Positions 49,068 through 56,885 of a stretch of DNA of 64,000 nt are shown here, one piece after another. The stretch spans positions 34,512-98,511 of the forward strand of contig CAYUSN010000002.1 in the NCBI GenBank assembly GCA_964447415.1, written 5' to 3'. Source of the stretch: an uncultured Candidatus Saccharibacteria bacterium. GTDB taxonomy: Bacteria > Patescibacteriota > Minisyncoccia > Phycocordibacterales > EsbW-18. The notes under the pieces were generated by a model. The model was not told where the DNA came from and searched no databases. It saw only the letters and a list, made by a program, of their open reading frames with translations. Both the position numbers and the translations under genes were made by a program. Each line of letters opens with the position of its first letter. Positions within the stretch are counted from its first letter, which is position 1.

Positions 49068-49895
49068 CTATACGCACAAATGGTGCGCTTCTTGTAAAAC
49101 TTCATCAACTTTTTTGCCGGTAATGCCGGCATTCTCAAGCACATTCGGATCATTCGTCACATCTTTGCACAGCACAAGCCCGCGCTGATACATCGATTCA
49201 CGTTCTTTTTGCGTCAGTGTCGTCAGACACGACAGCGGGTGCAGTTTTGTTTCTTCAATGAGATCCTGCAAGTTGCCGTGGTGCGGATATCCCCAACCGA
49301 TAAGTGTCATGTTGACGCACCGTCCGTACGCAATCGCGTTTTCGGTAAACTTCGTATTCGTCACCAGCCATGACGAGCAGGTGCCTCCCGGCGGACACAG
49401 ATTGTCATACCGGTTTTCTTTTAAATCCAGCATCCGCGCATGAATGTAAAGCGCCACCTTCACATCCGTTTTGAATCCCTGCGCGTTGTGAAATTTTGCT
49501 TCAACCAAAATAAGTTCTTTGTCGTTTTGCGCAACCACATCCACCTCATGAATAACGCATTTTCCGCGTAGCGTCGTACCGACGTCCACCTTGTATCCCT
49601 TCGCTTTGAGTATCTCGCCGATAAGTTGTTCAAACGGGTATCCGGAAGGCCCGAGTTCCAAAACCGCCCTTCTGAGCGAATAGCGTGCGGCAACCGGCAG
49701 ATGTGCCGATTTGCGCAATAATCGTAGTGCGTGTTTGTAGATATGTGAGGTCGTCATGCCTTCCCGTACCTCTTTTTCTATGTGCGCGACAATGCTTTGC
49801 GCAACATCATCCGACGCGCCCGCACGTTGAAGCGACTGAAACAATTTCCGTGTATCAAATTCCTCAAGTGTTCCGTCAAGTTTGGTGACTAACAT
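49068..49895 (-). CDS. ATP-cone domain fused to an Mrr-like PD-(D/E)XK restriction-endonuclease domain
   Basis: N-terminus MLVTKLDGTLEEFDTRKLFQSLQRAGASDDVAQSIVAHIEKEV fits the ATP-cone consensus (as in NrdR/RNR). The middle YPFEQLIGEILKAKGYKVDV...VIHEVDVVAQNDKELILVEAKFHN fits the Mrr_cat D...(D/E)xK core. Confidence 0.55.
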   Translation of the reverse strand: MLVTKLDGTLEEFDTRKLFQSLQRAGASDDVAQSIVAHIEKEVREGMTTSHIYKHALRLLRKSAHLPVAARYSLRRAVLELGPSGYPFEQLIGEILKAKGYKVDVGTTLRGKCVIHEVDVVAQNDKELILVEAKFHNAQGFKTDVKVALYIHARMLDLKENRYDNLCPPGGTCSSWLVTNTKFTENAIAYGRCVNMTLIGWGYPHHGNLQDLIEETKLHPLSCLTTLTQKERESMYQRGLVLCKDVTNDPNVLENAGITGKKVDEVLQEAHHLCV

Positions 49896-49912
49896 ACACG
49901 TATCGTATCACA

Positions 49913-50977
49913 TCAGGAAACCGTATTGACCACACCGCCGCCGATAACTTCCTCTCCGCGGTACAGCACCAGCGACTGGCCTGCGGCGATTGATTTCTGC
50001 GGTTCTGCAAACATGACCGTCAGGTGTTCGGCATCAAAGGCACATTCCTGAAGCGGCTGGCGGTAGCGGAAGCGCGCCTGATAGATGCCGCCTGGCGGCA
50101 GCACACCTGATATCCAGCGTTCGCTTTCAATATGCACTGAAGATACGTCGAATGTCCCCGTTGTTTTGAGATGCCGCGAAACCGTAATGGTATTGTTGGC
50201 CGTGTTTTTCGCGACCACATAAAACGCTCCGTCATCGGGCTGTTTGTCCGTCACCAAAAACCCGTGCCGTTGTCCGAGCGTGTACAGTACGGCGCCGTCG
50301 TGCGTGCCGATGACATGTCCGCTTTCATCAAGCACATTTCCGGGCACAACTTCAATAAATCGTTTCAAAAAATCTTTGATATCAATGTGCCCCAAAAAAC
50401 ACACCCCCTGGCTGTCTTTTTTATCCGCAACGGGCAAACCGAGTTTTTGGGCCAATTCACGCACGTGCGGCTTTTCATATGCGCCCACAGGAAAGAGAAT
50501 GCGGCGGAGCGTTTCCTGTTTCATCCGCCACAAGAAATATGACTGATCCTTATTTCCGTCAACTCCGGCGTATAAATGCGCGTTACCTTCAGCGTCTGTG
50601 TGTTGCTGCGCATAGTGACCCGTTGCGACATACTCCGCTCCCGCCTCGTGCGCCCTCGTAAAGAAAGCACCGAACTTTATCCGATCATTGCACATCACAT
50701 CCGGGTTCGGCGTTCGTCCTGCGGCATACTCCGCGATCATGTAATCGACGACTTCCTTCTTATATTCCGATTCAAGATCCATCGTTTGAAACGGTATGCC
50801 GAGGTGCGCGCACACGTCCATTGCATCCTTCCGTTCTTCCCGCCATGTACACGTCAAAAACGGCGGGTGCCATGTTTTGATAAACACCCCCGTTACATCG
50901 TGTCCCTCCTGTTTGAGAAGCGCCGCAGCCACTGAGCTGTCCACACCTCCTGACATAGCAACAAATACCTTACGCAT
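49913..50977 (-). CDS. mnmA: tRNA-specific 2-thiouridylase MnmA
   Basis: MRKVFVAMSGGVDSSVAAALL PP-loop (SGGxDS) and catalytic cysteines; 354 aa. Confidence 0.95.
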   Translation of the reverse strand: MRKVFVAMSGGVDSSVAAALLKQEGHDVTGVFIKTWHPPFLTCTWREERKDAMDVCAHLGIPFQTMDLESEYKKEVVDYMIAEYAAGRTPNPDVMCNDRIKFGAFFTRAHEAGAEYVATGHYAQQHTDAEGNAHLYAGVDGNKDQSYFLWRMKQETLRRILFPVGAYEKPHVRELAQKLGLPVADKKDSQGVCFLGHIDIKDFLKRFIEVVPGNVLDESGHVIGTHDGAVLYTLGQRHGFLVTDKQPDDGAFYVVAKNTANNTITVSRHLKTTGTFDVSSVHIESERWISGVLPPGGIYQARFRYRQPLQECAFDAEHLTVMFAEPQKSIAAGQSLVLYRGEEVIGGGVVNTVS

Positions 50978-51004
50978 ACGAAACAGCGTATCATGCCCAC
51001 AAAA

Positions 51005-51033
51005 TTTGACACTTCAGTGCTTGTGCTGTATTA
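51005..51033 (+). promoter_or_regulatory. Sigma-70-type promoter TTGACA-N17-TATTAT for the downstream small RNA candidate
   Basis: TTGACA at 51005-51010 and TATTAT at 51028-51033 with a 17 nt spacer. Confidence 0.5.
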
Positions 51034-51039
51034 TTAACG

Positions 51040-51158
51040 AAGAAAGGCGGGGTATTCGGGTACATGCTCCTCGCCTCGCGGCCGTGCCGCGGCATCTCCA
51101 GCAAGTACCCTCTCCTCCCCCCTCGGCGGGACTTCCCTCCACCGCCGAGGGGCTTTTT
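51040..51158 (+). ncRNA. Candidate small structured RNA (about 120 nt) with its own promoter and an intrinsic terminator; may instead encode a 33 aa Pro-rich peptide
   Basis: Nested helices GGGTAC...GTACCC, ATGC...GCAT and CGCGGC-CGT-GCCGCG, then terminator CCCCTCGGCGG...CCGCCGAGGGG plus TTTTTT (51117-51158). No match recognised to SRP, 6S, tmRNA or RNase P motifs. Confidence 0.35.
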
Positions 51159-51207
51159 TATATAAAAAATATAGAAGTGAGTGCGTGAGCGCGGTATACT
51201 ACCTTCA

Positions 51208-51720
51208 ATGAAGACCATCGTTCAAAAAGAAGACCCCGTGTTGCGGACAACGGCACAGCCTGTTTCGCAAGAAGATATCGGAAGTAAAAAATTAACGTCA
51301 ATCATCACCGCCATGAAAAAGGCTCTGGCAAAAGAGCCTGATGGTGTTGCTATTGCCGCGCCGCAAATCGGCGTGCCGCTGCGTATCTTTGTTGTTTCGG
51401 GAAAAGTGTTTAAAAAAGAAAGCGATGAAACCGTGCCTGAAGACCGCGTCTTCATCAATCCTGAAATTACCAAGCTTTCAAAAGAAAAAGACTGGCTTGA
51501 AGAGGGTTGTCTTTCCGTGCGCTGGAAGTACGGCGAGGTGCCCCGTGCGTTGAAGGCGACCGTGCGCGCACTTGATGCCCAAGGCAAAAAATTTACGCTC
51601 GGCGGTTCCGATCTTCTCGCGCAGATTTTTCAGCACGAGAACGACCACCTCAACGGCATCCTTTTTATCGACACTGCACGTAATGTCCGTGATATTCCGC
51701 CGCAAAAAGACGATGGCTAA
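51208..51720 (+). CDS. def: Peptide deformylase
   Basis: GVAIAAPQIGVPLRIFVV, EGCLS and HENDHLNGILFID are the three Def motifs. Start at MKTIVQKEDP; TATACT sits 7 nt upstream of the ATG. Confidence 0.9.
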   Translation: MKTIVQKEDPVLRTTAQPVSQEDIGSKKLTSIITAMKKALAKEPDGVAIAAPQIGVPLRIFVVSGKVFKKESDETVPEDRVFINPEITKLSKEKDWLEEGCLSVRWKYGEVPRALKATVRALDAQGKKFTLGGSDLLAQIFQHENDHLNGILFIDTARNVRDIPPQKDDG

Positions 51721-52576
51721 TGTTCCGCCTTTTGTATTCTTCGGGACCCCTGATATTGCCGTCGTGTCCCTTGAAGCGCTCAAAAAAGCCGGCTGTCTGC
51801 CCGTGCTTGTGGTGACCGCCCCTAACACACACCAAGGACGCGGAATGGTGCTTACCCCGTCTCCTGCGGCGCAGTGGGCGGATACCAACGGCATACCGAC
51901 ACTGAAACCGCAAAAACTATCTGATCCCGACTTAGCGGAGACGTTGCGTGCGTCGGGTGCCGACGTTTTTGTTGTTGTCGCGTACGGAAAAATAATTCCG
52001 CAGGCACTGCTGGATATCCCGAAGTTCGGCACACTCAATATGCATCCGTCGCTGCTTCCCCGTCACCGCGGACCCTCCCCGATAGAATCGCAGATACTTT
52101 CCGAAACGGATAAAAACAGTGTCGGTATTTCCGTCATGCTTCTTGATGAAAAAATGGATCATGGCCCCGTGCTCGCCAAGGAAACCGTTGCCGATGAGCT
52201 AAACGACTGGCCGGTGCCCGCGTCCGTACTCCGGCCGTTGCTTGCACGGCGCGGAGCGGCACTGCTTGCCACAGTTCTTCCGCGCTATATCGCCGGAGAA
52301 CTTTCACCCGTGCCGCAAAATGACGCCGAAGCAACCTACTGCACAATGATAAAGAAAGAGGACGCGCTTATTAATCTCTCCGGTAACCCGCACGTAAACT
52401 ATCTCAAGGTGCTCGCGTACGATATCTGGCCGCGTGCCTACTTTTTCACCGAGAAAAACGGAAAAAAAATCCGCGTCGTCGTCACCTCAGCACGGTATGA
52501 ACATGACACACTGATACTCGAGCGCGTCATTCCCGAGGGAAAAAAAGAAATGACGTACGGTGATTTTGTCCGCTAG
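51713..52576 (+). CDS. fmt: Methionyl-tRNA formyltransferase
   Basis: MANVPPFVFFGTPDIAVVSLEALKKAG... and HPSLLPRHRGPSPI formyltransferase motifs. Overlaps the def stop by 8 nt. The track ORF starts 47 codons earlier in the same frame. Confidence 0.9.
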   Translation: MANVPPFVFFGTPDIAVVSLEALKKAGCLPVLVVTAPNTHQGRGMVLTPSPAAQWADTNGIPTLKPQKLSDPDLAETLRASGADVFVVVAYGKIIPQALLDIPKFGTLNMHPSLLPRHRGPSPIESQILSETDKNSVGISVMLLDEKMDHGPVLAKETVADELNDWPVPASVLRPLLARRGAALLATVLPRYIAGELSPVPQNDAEATYCTMIKKEDALINLSGNPHVNYLKVLAYDIWPRAYFFTEKNGKKIRVVVTSARYEHDTLILERVIPEGKKEMTYGDFVR

Positions 52577-52956
52577 GCTTCGTCACCCCTTCCGAAGCCG
52601 AATTTTCTGATGAAATCCTTGAACATTCGGGCGCCGCGGCGTCCGCTTTTTGTTTTTCGCTCTTTACGCCTTCGCACTTCATCAAGCAGCTCATCTTTTG
52701 CCACATCAATCGCCGCGTACAGATCCTCTTCCTGCGCAACAACTCGAATAAGATCCCCCGGAACGGTGAGGTTTATTTCGCACCGAAAAATGTTTCCCGA
52801 TTGGTGGTGGTGTGTCGTCTGACCGATTTCAACATCCGCCTGTGCGATGATTTTCTGATCGATAAATTTATCCAGCGACCGCATTTTATCCTCGACGTAC
52901 GAGCGAAGTGCGGGCGTCATACCGATGCCCGTTGCTTTGAGATTGATGTTGATCAT
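52573..52956 (-). CDS. hpf: Ribosome hibernation promoting factor (RaiA/HPF family, short form)
   Basis: MININLKATGIGMTPALRSYVEDKMRSLDKF...RVVAQEEDLYAAIDVAKDELLDEV fits the S30AE/HPF fold. Confidence 0.85.
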   Translation of the reverse strand: MININLKATGIGMTPALRSYVEDKMRSLDKFIDQKIIAQADVEIGQTTHHHQSGNIFRCEINLTVPGDLIRVVAQEEDLYAAIDVAKDELLDEVRRRKERKTKSGRRGARMFKDFIRKFGFGRGDEA

Positions 52957-52984
52957 ACAAAGGTATGGTCAGCGGGTAATGTGT

Positions 52985-53221
52985 TCATTCTAGCACCTCA
53001 ATGGTTTTATTTCTCCCCCGATGCCCTGTTTTCATCCGAAGTTTTTTCAGAGGAATGTGTAGCTGTTTTGACAGAAGTTCCAGTATGCGCAGATTCGCGC
53101 GGTTCTCTTGCGCCTTCTCTTTTACGGAAACACTGTACGTTCCGTTTGTGCGCTTTTCAAAAAACTCCTTCCGCGCGCCCGGTGTAGCTTTTACTTTCAG
53201 ATACATACCGTCATTGTACAC
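52985..53221 (-). CDS. DUF167 (YggU-like) protein
   Basis: YLKVKATPGARKE...ENRANLRILELLSKQL fits the DUF167 pattern (...AP..G.AN..l..fL). Confidence 0.6.
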   Translation of the reverse strand: MYNDGMYLKVKATPGARKEFFEKRTNGTYSVSVKEKAQENRANLRILELLSKQLHIPLKKLRMKTGHRGRNKTIEVLE

Positions 53222-53244
53222 GTGCCCGGTATCCCTATAAACGT

Positions 53245-53276
53245 GTAAACGCCTCCACTTGCGTGGAGACGTTTAC
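53245..53276. repeat. Hairpin repeat copy 1: GTAAACG-C-CTCCAC-TTGC-GTGGAG-A-CGTTTAC
   Basis: Imperfect 14 bp palindrome around the non-palindromic loop TTGC. The 20-mer GCCTCCACTTGCGTGGAGAC recurs at 53366-53385. Confidence 0.6.
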
Positions 53277-53317
53277 AGAGTAAATAGTATAAAACCTCCA
53301 AAATATTGCAACCCCAG

Positions 53318-53326
53318 TTATCCACA
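53318..53326 (+). promoter_or_regulatory. Perfect DnaA-box 9-mer TTATCCACA (copy A)
   Basis: Exact consensus match, about 50 nt 3' of hairpin copy 1. Confidence 0.4.
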
Positions 53327-53365
53327 CATCCGTTTTTTGTCCTTTTTCCCTCCAAAAATGCAAAT

Positions 53366-53385
53366 GCCTCCACTTGCGTGGAGAC
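53366..53385. repeat. Hairpin repeat copy 2: GCCTCCACTTGCGTGGAGAC
   Basis: Identical 20-mer to copy 1. CTCCAC/GTGGAG stem with loop TTGC. Confidence 0.6.
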
Positions 53386-53432
53386 ACCTGCATTGAAAAT
53401 GCTACACCCACCCCATACGTCTGGCAAGTAAG

Positions 53433-53441
53433 TTATCCACA
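53433..53441 (+). promoter_or_regulatory. Perfect DnaA-box 9-mer TTATCCACA (copy B)
   Basis: Exact consensus match, about 50 nt 3' of hairpin copy 2, in the same orientation as copy A. Confidence 0.4.
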
Positions 53442-53837
53442 GATTCGCTTACCCCCCGAGGAAAGGGCAAATAGTAAAGAGCCGCGCACTGGTGGTTCGC
53501 AGCTCTTTAGAGGCACTCTCTGTAGGAGATGTACTTGTTATATACAACCCTCAGCGGGCCTACGTATCATTAAGAAGAAAGATCATAGTACAAATACCAT
53601 TACTTCGTTCGGAGTGTGCACCACAAACGAGTTTTGTAGTAATCCACGGTATCTTGTGGCACACGGAGAGCATCAGGCTAAAATATAAGGCGCGTCCTTC
53701 ATGGAGAAGGAGTGCAAAAAACATGGTGACCTGTGGTGTCTCCGGCGCCATGCGCGGTCGACCGCCGCGCGATACCATCTGATTTAAAAATAGCGCACGG
53801 GCACTGAAAAAAAGATGAAGAAGTGCTGACTTCGCAA

Positions 53838-54947
53838 TTACCGTTTGGAAAAGTCAATTTCGATTTCGCGGTGTGATTTTCCTCGTGTTGCGGTCCGGTT
53901 GTTTTCAAGATCACCGCACGGCAGCGATACAATAACAGTGGTGCCTTTTTGCGGAAGGCTCTGCAACGTAATTTTTCCGTGATGAATTTTCACCAGTTCG
54001 TTGACCACGGCAAGTCCCAATCCGCTGCCGCCATGGCGACGTACGCGCGAGCGGTCGGCACGATAAAACGGCTCAAATACATGGAACAGGTCCTCGCGCG
54101 AAATACCGACACCGGTGTCCTGCACACGCAACTCAATAAAGTTACGGTAATCAGGCTCAACGGAGATACGGATTAAACCCTTTTCGGGGGTGTACGCAAT
54201 GGCGTTTTTAAGCAGGTTCATAACAATTTGCTCAAGCGCGCTCTTGTTCCCCCGTACAATACGAAACTCCCCTTTTTCAATGCTGATATCCATCTCTTTG
54301 TGCCCGGCAAAGTGCGACATTTTTTTGACCACAGAAGTCACCACGGCGCCCAAATCCACGTTTTCAAACTCCATCTTCTCCGGACGGAGCAGCAGGTTGA
54401 ATGAAAGAAGGTTATTGATAATGTCGGAAATACGGTCAAGCTCCTCAATGTTGCTTTTGAGCATCTGTTTTATTTTCGGCGTTACGTCGCCGTCCAACAG
54501 TCCCACTTCGATGTTTGTTTTGATGATGGAAAGCGGTGTGCGGAGTTCGTGCGCCACATTACCGATAAACTGCTTCTGACTTGCAAGTGTGTTTTTCGCC
54601 GGCTTAAGCGTAATGCGGGTGACGATATACCCGAGCACAATAGTCACCGTAGCAACGGCGCCCGCAGTGAGCAGAAAACCCTTCGTGCGCACATAGGCGA
54701 TGTTTTGTAGAACCAAATCCGATGATTCCGGAGTCACCGGAGCACTCACCCCTTCCCGTATTCCCGTAATAAGCGTGATGAGAATATCCCGATACAGATA
54801 ATCAAAACCGATGGCGATAGACGCCACAATCACCAGCGACGAAACGATATTCAGCAGGATGACGTTCCATGTAGTCCGAAAAAAAACGTCGAACTTATAC
54901 TTGTTCACTAAGCCGGTAGCCAATGCCGCGAACCGTTTCCAGTACAT
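53838..54947 (-). CDS. Sensor histidine kinase (HisKA + HATPase_c), membrane-anchored
   Basis: H-box FIGNVAHELRTPLSIIKTNIE, N/G-boxes (LLKNAIAYT; DTGVGIS; GGSGLGLAVV) and 2 TM helices. Start uncertain: the track start at 54992 overlaps the response-regulator gene by 98 nt. Confidence 0.85.
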   Translation of the reverse strand: MYWKRFAALATGLVNKYKFDVFFRTTWNVILLNIVSSLVIVASIAIGFDYLYRDILITLITGIREGVSAPVTPESSDLVLQNIAYVRTKGFLLTAGAVATVTIVLGYIVTRITLKPAKNTLASQKQFIGNVAHELRTPLSIIKTNIEVGLLDGDVTPKIKQMLKSNIEELDRISDIINNLLSFNLLLRPEKMEFENVDLGAVVTSVVKKMSHFAGHKEMDISIEKGEFRIVRGNKSALEQIVMNLLKNAIAYTPEKGLIRISVEPDYRNFIELRVQDTGVGISREDLFHVFEPFYRADRSRVRRHGGSGLGLAVVNELVKIHHGKITLQSLPQKGTTVIVSLPCGDLENNRTATRGKSHREIEIDFSKR

Positions 54948-55575
54948 CCGGACGACCCCCCACGTTAAGTTTTCTACGAAGGTTTTTGACATGCACGTCT
55001 ATCACGTTACTAAATGACTCATAATTAAAGTCCCATAAATGTACCAGTAAATCCTCCCTGTTAATCACCTCCTTCGGGCGACGCATAAAGTACTCCAGAA
55101 GATAAAATTCCTTGAGCGTCAGAGAAATCGGTTTTCCGTCGCGGGTGACCGTGTGCTCGACCGGATTCAGCTCAATATCCTGGAATCGGAGCACCTCCGG
55201 AACCATATCAGCGGGCCGTCGCAACAGCGCATGAATGCGCGCCAACAGCTCATCGAACGAAAAAGGTTTGACCATGTAGTCATCCGCACCCGAGAGCAGC
55301 AGGTTCACCTTGTTCTCCGTCTCGTTCCGTGCCGTGAGCACCAGAATCGGCGTCGTAATATCAAGCGCCCGGGCCTCTTTGCAGATTTGCAACCCGTCTT
55401 TGGAAGGAAGCATGAGGTCGAGGATGATAAGGTCATACTCGCTGTGGTTAAGCGATATCCGGCTAAACGCCTTTTCACCGTCATTCAGTGCGTCAACGGC
55501 ATACCCCTTCTTGGTAAGCCCCGCAACAAGTGCGTCTGCGAGCTTTTTTTCGTCTTCAACTACAAGTATTCTCAT
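54895..55575 (-). CDS. OmpR/PhoB-family response regulator
   Basis: MRILVVEDEKKLADAL...DLIILDLMLPSKDG receiver domain and a C-terminal winged-helix (trans_reg_C). Confidence 0.9.
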   Translation of the reverse strand: MRILVVEDEKKLADALVAGLTKKGYAVDALNDGEKAFSRISLNHSEYDLIILDLMLPSKDGLQICKEARALDITTPILVLTARNETENKVNLLLSGADDYMVKPFSFDELLARIHALLRRPADMVPEVLRFQDIELNPVEHTVTRDGKPISLTLKEFYLLEYFMRRPKEVINREDLLVHLWDFNYESFSNVIDVHVKNLRRKLNVGGRPDVLETVRGIGYRLSEQV

Positions 55576-55699
55576 GGTTGTGCTGGATGCGCTGGTAATA
55601 AATACCGAAAGTACAGCCTAAAACAAGCATCGTGAACGCTTCATGAAGCGTCTTCTTAAATATGATGGCGGAAAAGTCGCTCCTTCGTTACACTTTGTA

Positions 55700-56269
55700 T
55701 TACTGCGTCCGTTGATACCTGCCCACAAGTTGCGCCTGTTGCAGAATGTGTCCTTCCATTGCCTGTTCCACCTCTTTTTTTGTCACTCCCTCAGAAAAAG
55801 AGAGTGTCGAGTCAAGTGCGTAGAGTTTGAAAAAGTAGCGGTGTTCGCTCGGTTCGTACTCAGGGGGCGGACACGGTCCTGCGTACGCCGGCTCTCCTCT
55901 GCCGTTTGCACCGGCAATACCCACGGTTCCTCCCTCAGGAATGCCGCGCGTCTCCGGCGGAATGTTAAAAAGCACCCAGTGATCAAACACACCGTCGGGA
56001 CGAAGCGCTTTCGGTACATCAGGATCATCCATAATCAACACGAGTGATACCGTATCCTCGGGAACATCAGTAAATGAAAGCGCGGGAGACAGTGTCCGGT
56101 TGCCGTCGCATGTATAGAGACTCGGAATCAACGCGCCGTCTTCAAACGCAGAACTGGTGATACGCATAACTGTTTCAGTTACTTCCTGCTGCTGCGTTGA
56201 GAGTTTTTGCAGAAGCAGTGCGGTGCCGATTAACGCCGCGATAATAATAACGGTAGATAGGTATTTCAT
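55700..56269 (-). CDS. YbhB/YbcL-family PEBP (Raf kinase inhibitor-like) protein, secreted
   Basis: Signal peptide, then CDGNRTLSPALSF...DDPDVPK...HWVLFNIP...YFFKLYALD, the PEBP signature. Confidence 0.75.
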   Translation of the reverse strand: MKYLSTVIIIAALIGTALLLQKLSTQQQEVTETVMRITSSAFEDGALIPSLYTCDGNRTLSPALSFTDVPEDTVSLVLIMDDPDVPKALRPDGVFDHWVLFNIPPETRGIPEGGTVGIAGANGRGEPAYAGPCPPPEYEPSEHRYFFKLYALDSTLSFSEGVTKKEVEQAMEGHILQQAQLVGRYQRTQ

Positions 56270-56288
56270 AGAACTTCAGTATAGCAAA

Positions 56289-56855
56289 TCAGTCTGTACG
56301 CTCCTTCAACAAATCCGCAAACTTTTTTTGTACCTTTTCCAGCTTCGGGTTTATGACAATTTGACAGTACGCCTTTTCCGGGTGACGGGCAAAATACTCT
56401 TTATGGTCTGCTTCCGCTTCATACCATTGTGTAAGCGGTGTAATTTCCGTCACCACATGACCGCCGAGTGTGCTCTGTTTTTCAAGTTCACCGACATACC
56501 GTTCCGCCTCTTCTTTTTGTTGCGGTGTTGTGTAAAAAATCGCCGAACGGTACTGCGTGCCGACATCGTTGCCCTGCCGATTGGGTGTTGTCGGGTCATG
56601 CGTCGCAAAAAACACCGTCAGCAAATCATGGAAGGTAATCACACCGGGGTCATATTCAATCCGCGCCGCCTCCGCATGACCGGTTGTTCCCGAGCACACC
56701 TCTTCATATGTTGGGTGCTCAGTTGTTCCACCGGTATATCCGGGCACAACTGAAACAACGCCGCGAAGCTCTTTGAAAACCGCCTCCGTACACCAGAAGC
56801 ATCCCCCGCCGAACACAGCTACTTCATATTTGTGTTCCATAGAGCAATAACACAC
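56289..56855 (-). CDS. msrA: Peptide methionine sulfoxide reductase MsrA
   Basis: AVFGGGCFWCTEAVF active-site motif. Confidence 0.95.
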   Translation of the reverse strand: MCYCSMEHKYEVAVFGGGCFWCTEAVFKELRGVVSVVPGYTGGTTEHPTYEEVCSGTTGHAEAARIEYDPGVITFHDLLTVFFATHDPTTPNRQGNDVGTQYRSAIFYTTPQQKEEAERYVGELEKQSTLGGHVVTEITPLTQWYEAEADHKEYFARHPEKAYCQIVINPKLEKVQKKFADLLKERTD

Positions 56856-56885
56856 CCGCTACCGCAGCCGAACAAATAAGTCCGT

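Noticed and set aside
53245-53385. Possible CRISPR array suggested by the repeated 20-mer GCCTCCACTTGCGTGGAGAC
   Set aside because: There are only two copies, about 120 bp apart, with no regular spacer structure and no cas genes in the window. They are better explained as palindromic operator or hairpin repeats.
53222-53837. RNase P RNA, tmRNA, 6S or SRP RNA in the long non-coding region; also RNase P/SRP in the 51040-51158 element
   Set aside because: The universal motifs were looked for by eye and not found. These are the RNase P P4 elements (GGAAAGUCCGGGCUCC / ACAGAANCCGGCUUA), the tmRNA tRNA-like ends (GGGG.UGA, GGUUCGA.UCC...CCA) and the SRP domain IV GGAA tetraloop context. A partial resemblance (GAGGAAAGGGCAAAUAG / GUAAAGAGCCGCGCAC) is too weak. 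Infernal would be needed to settle this.
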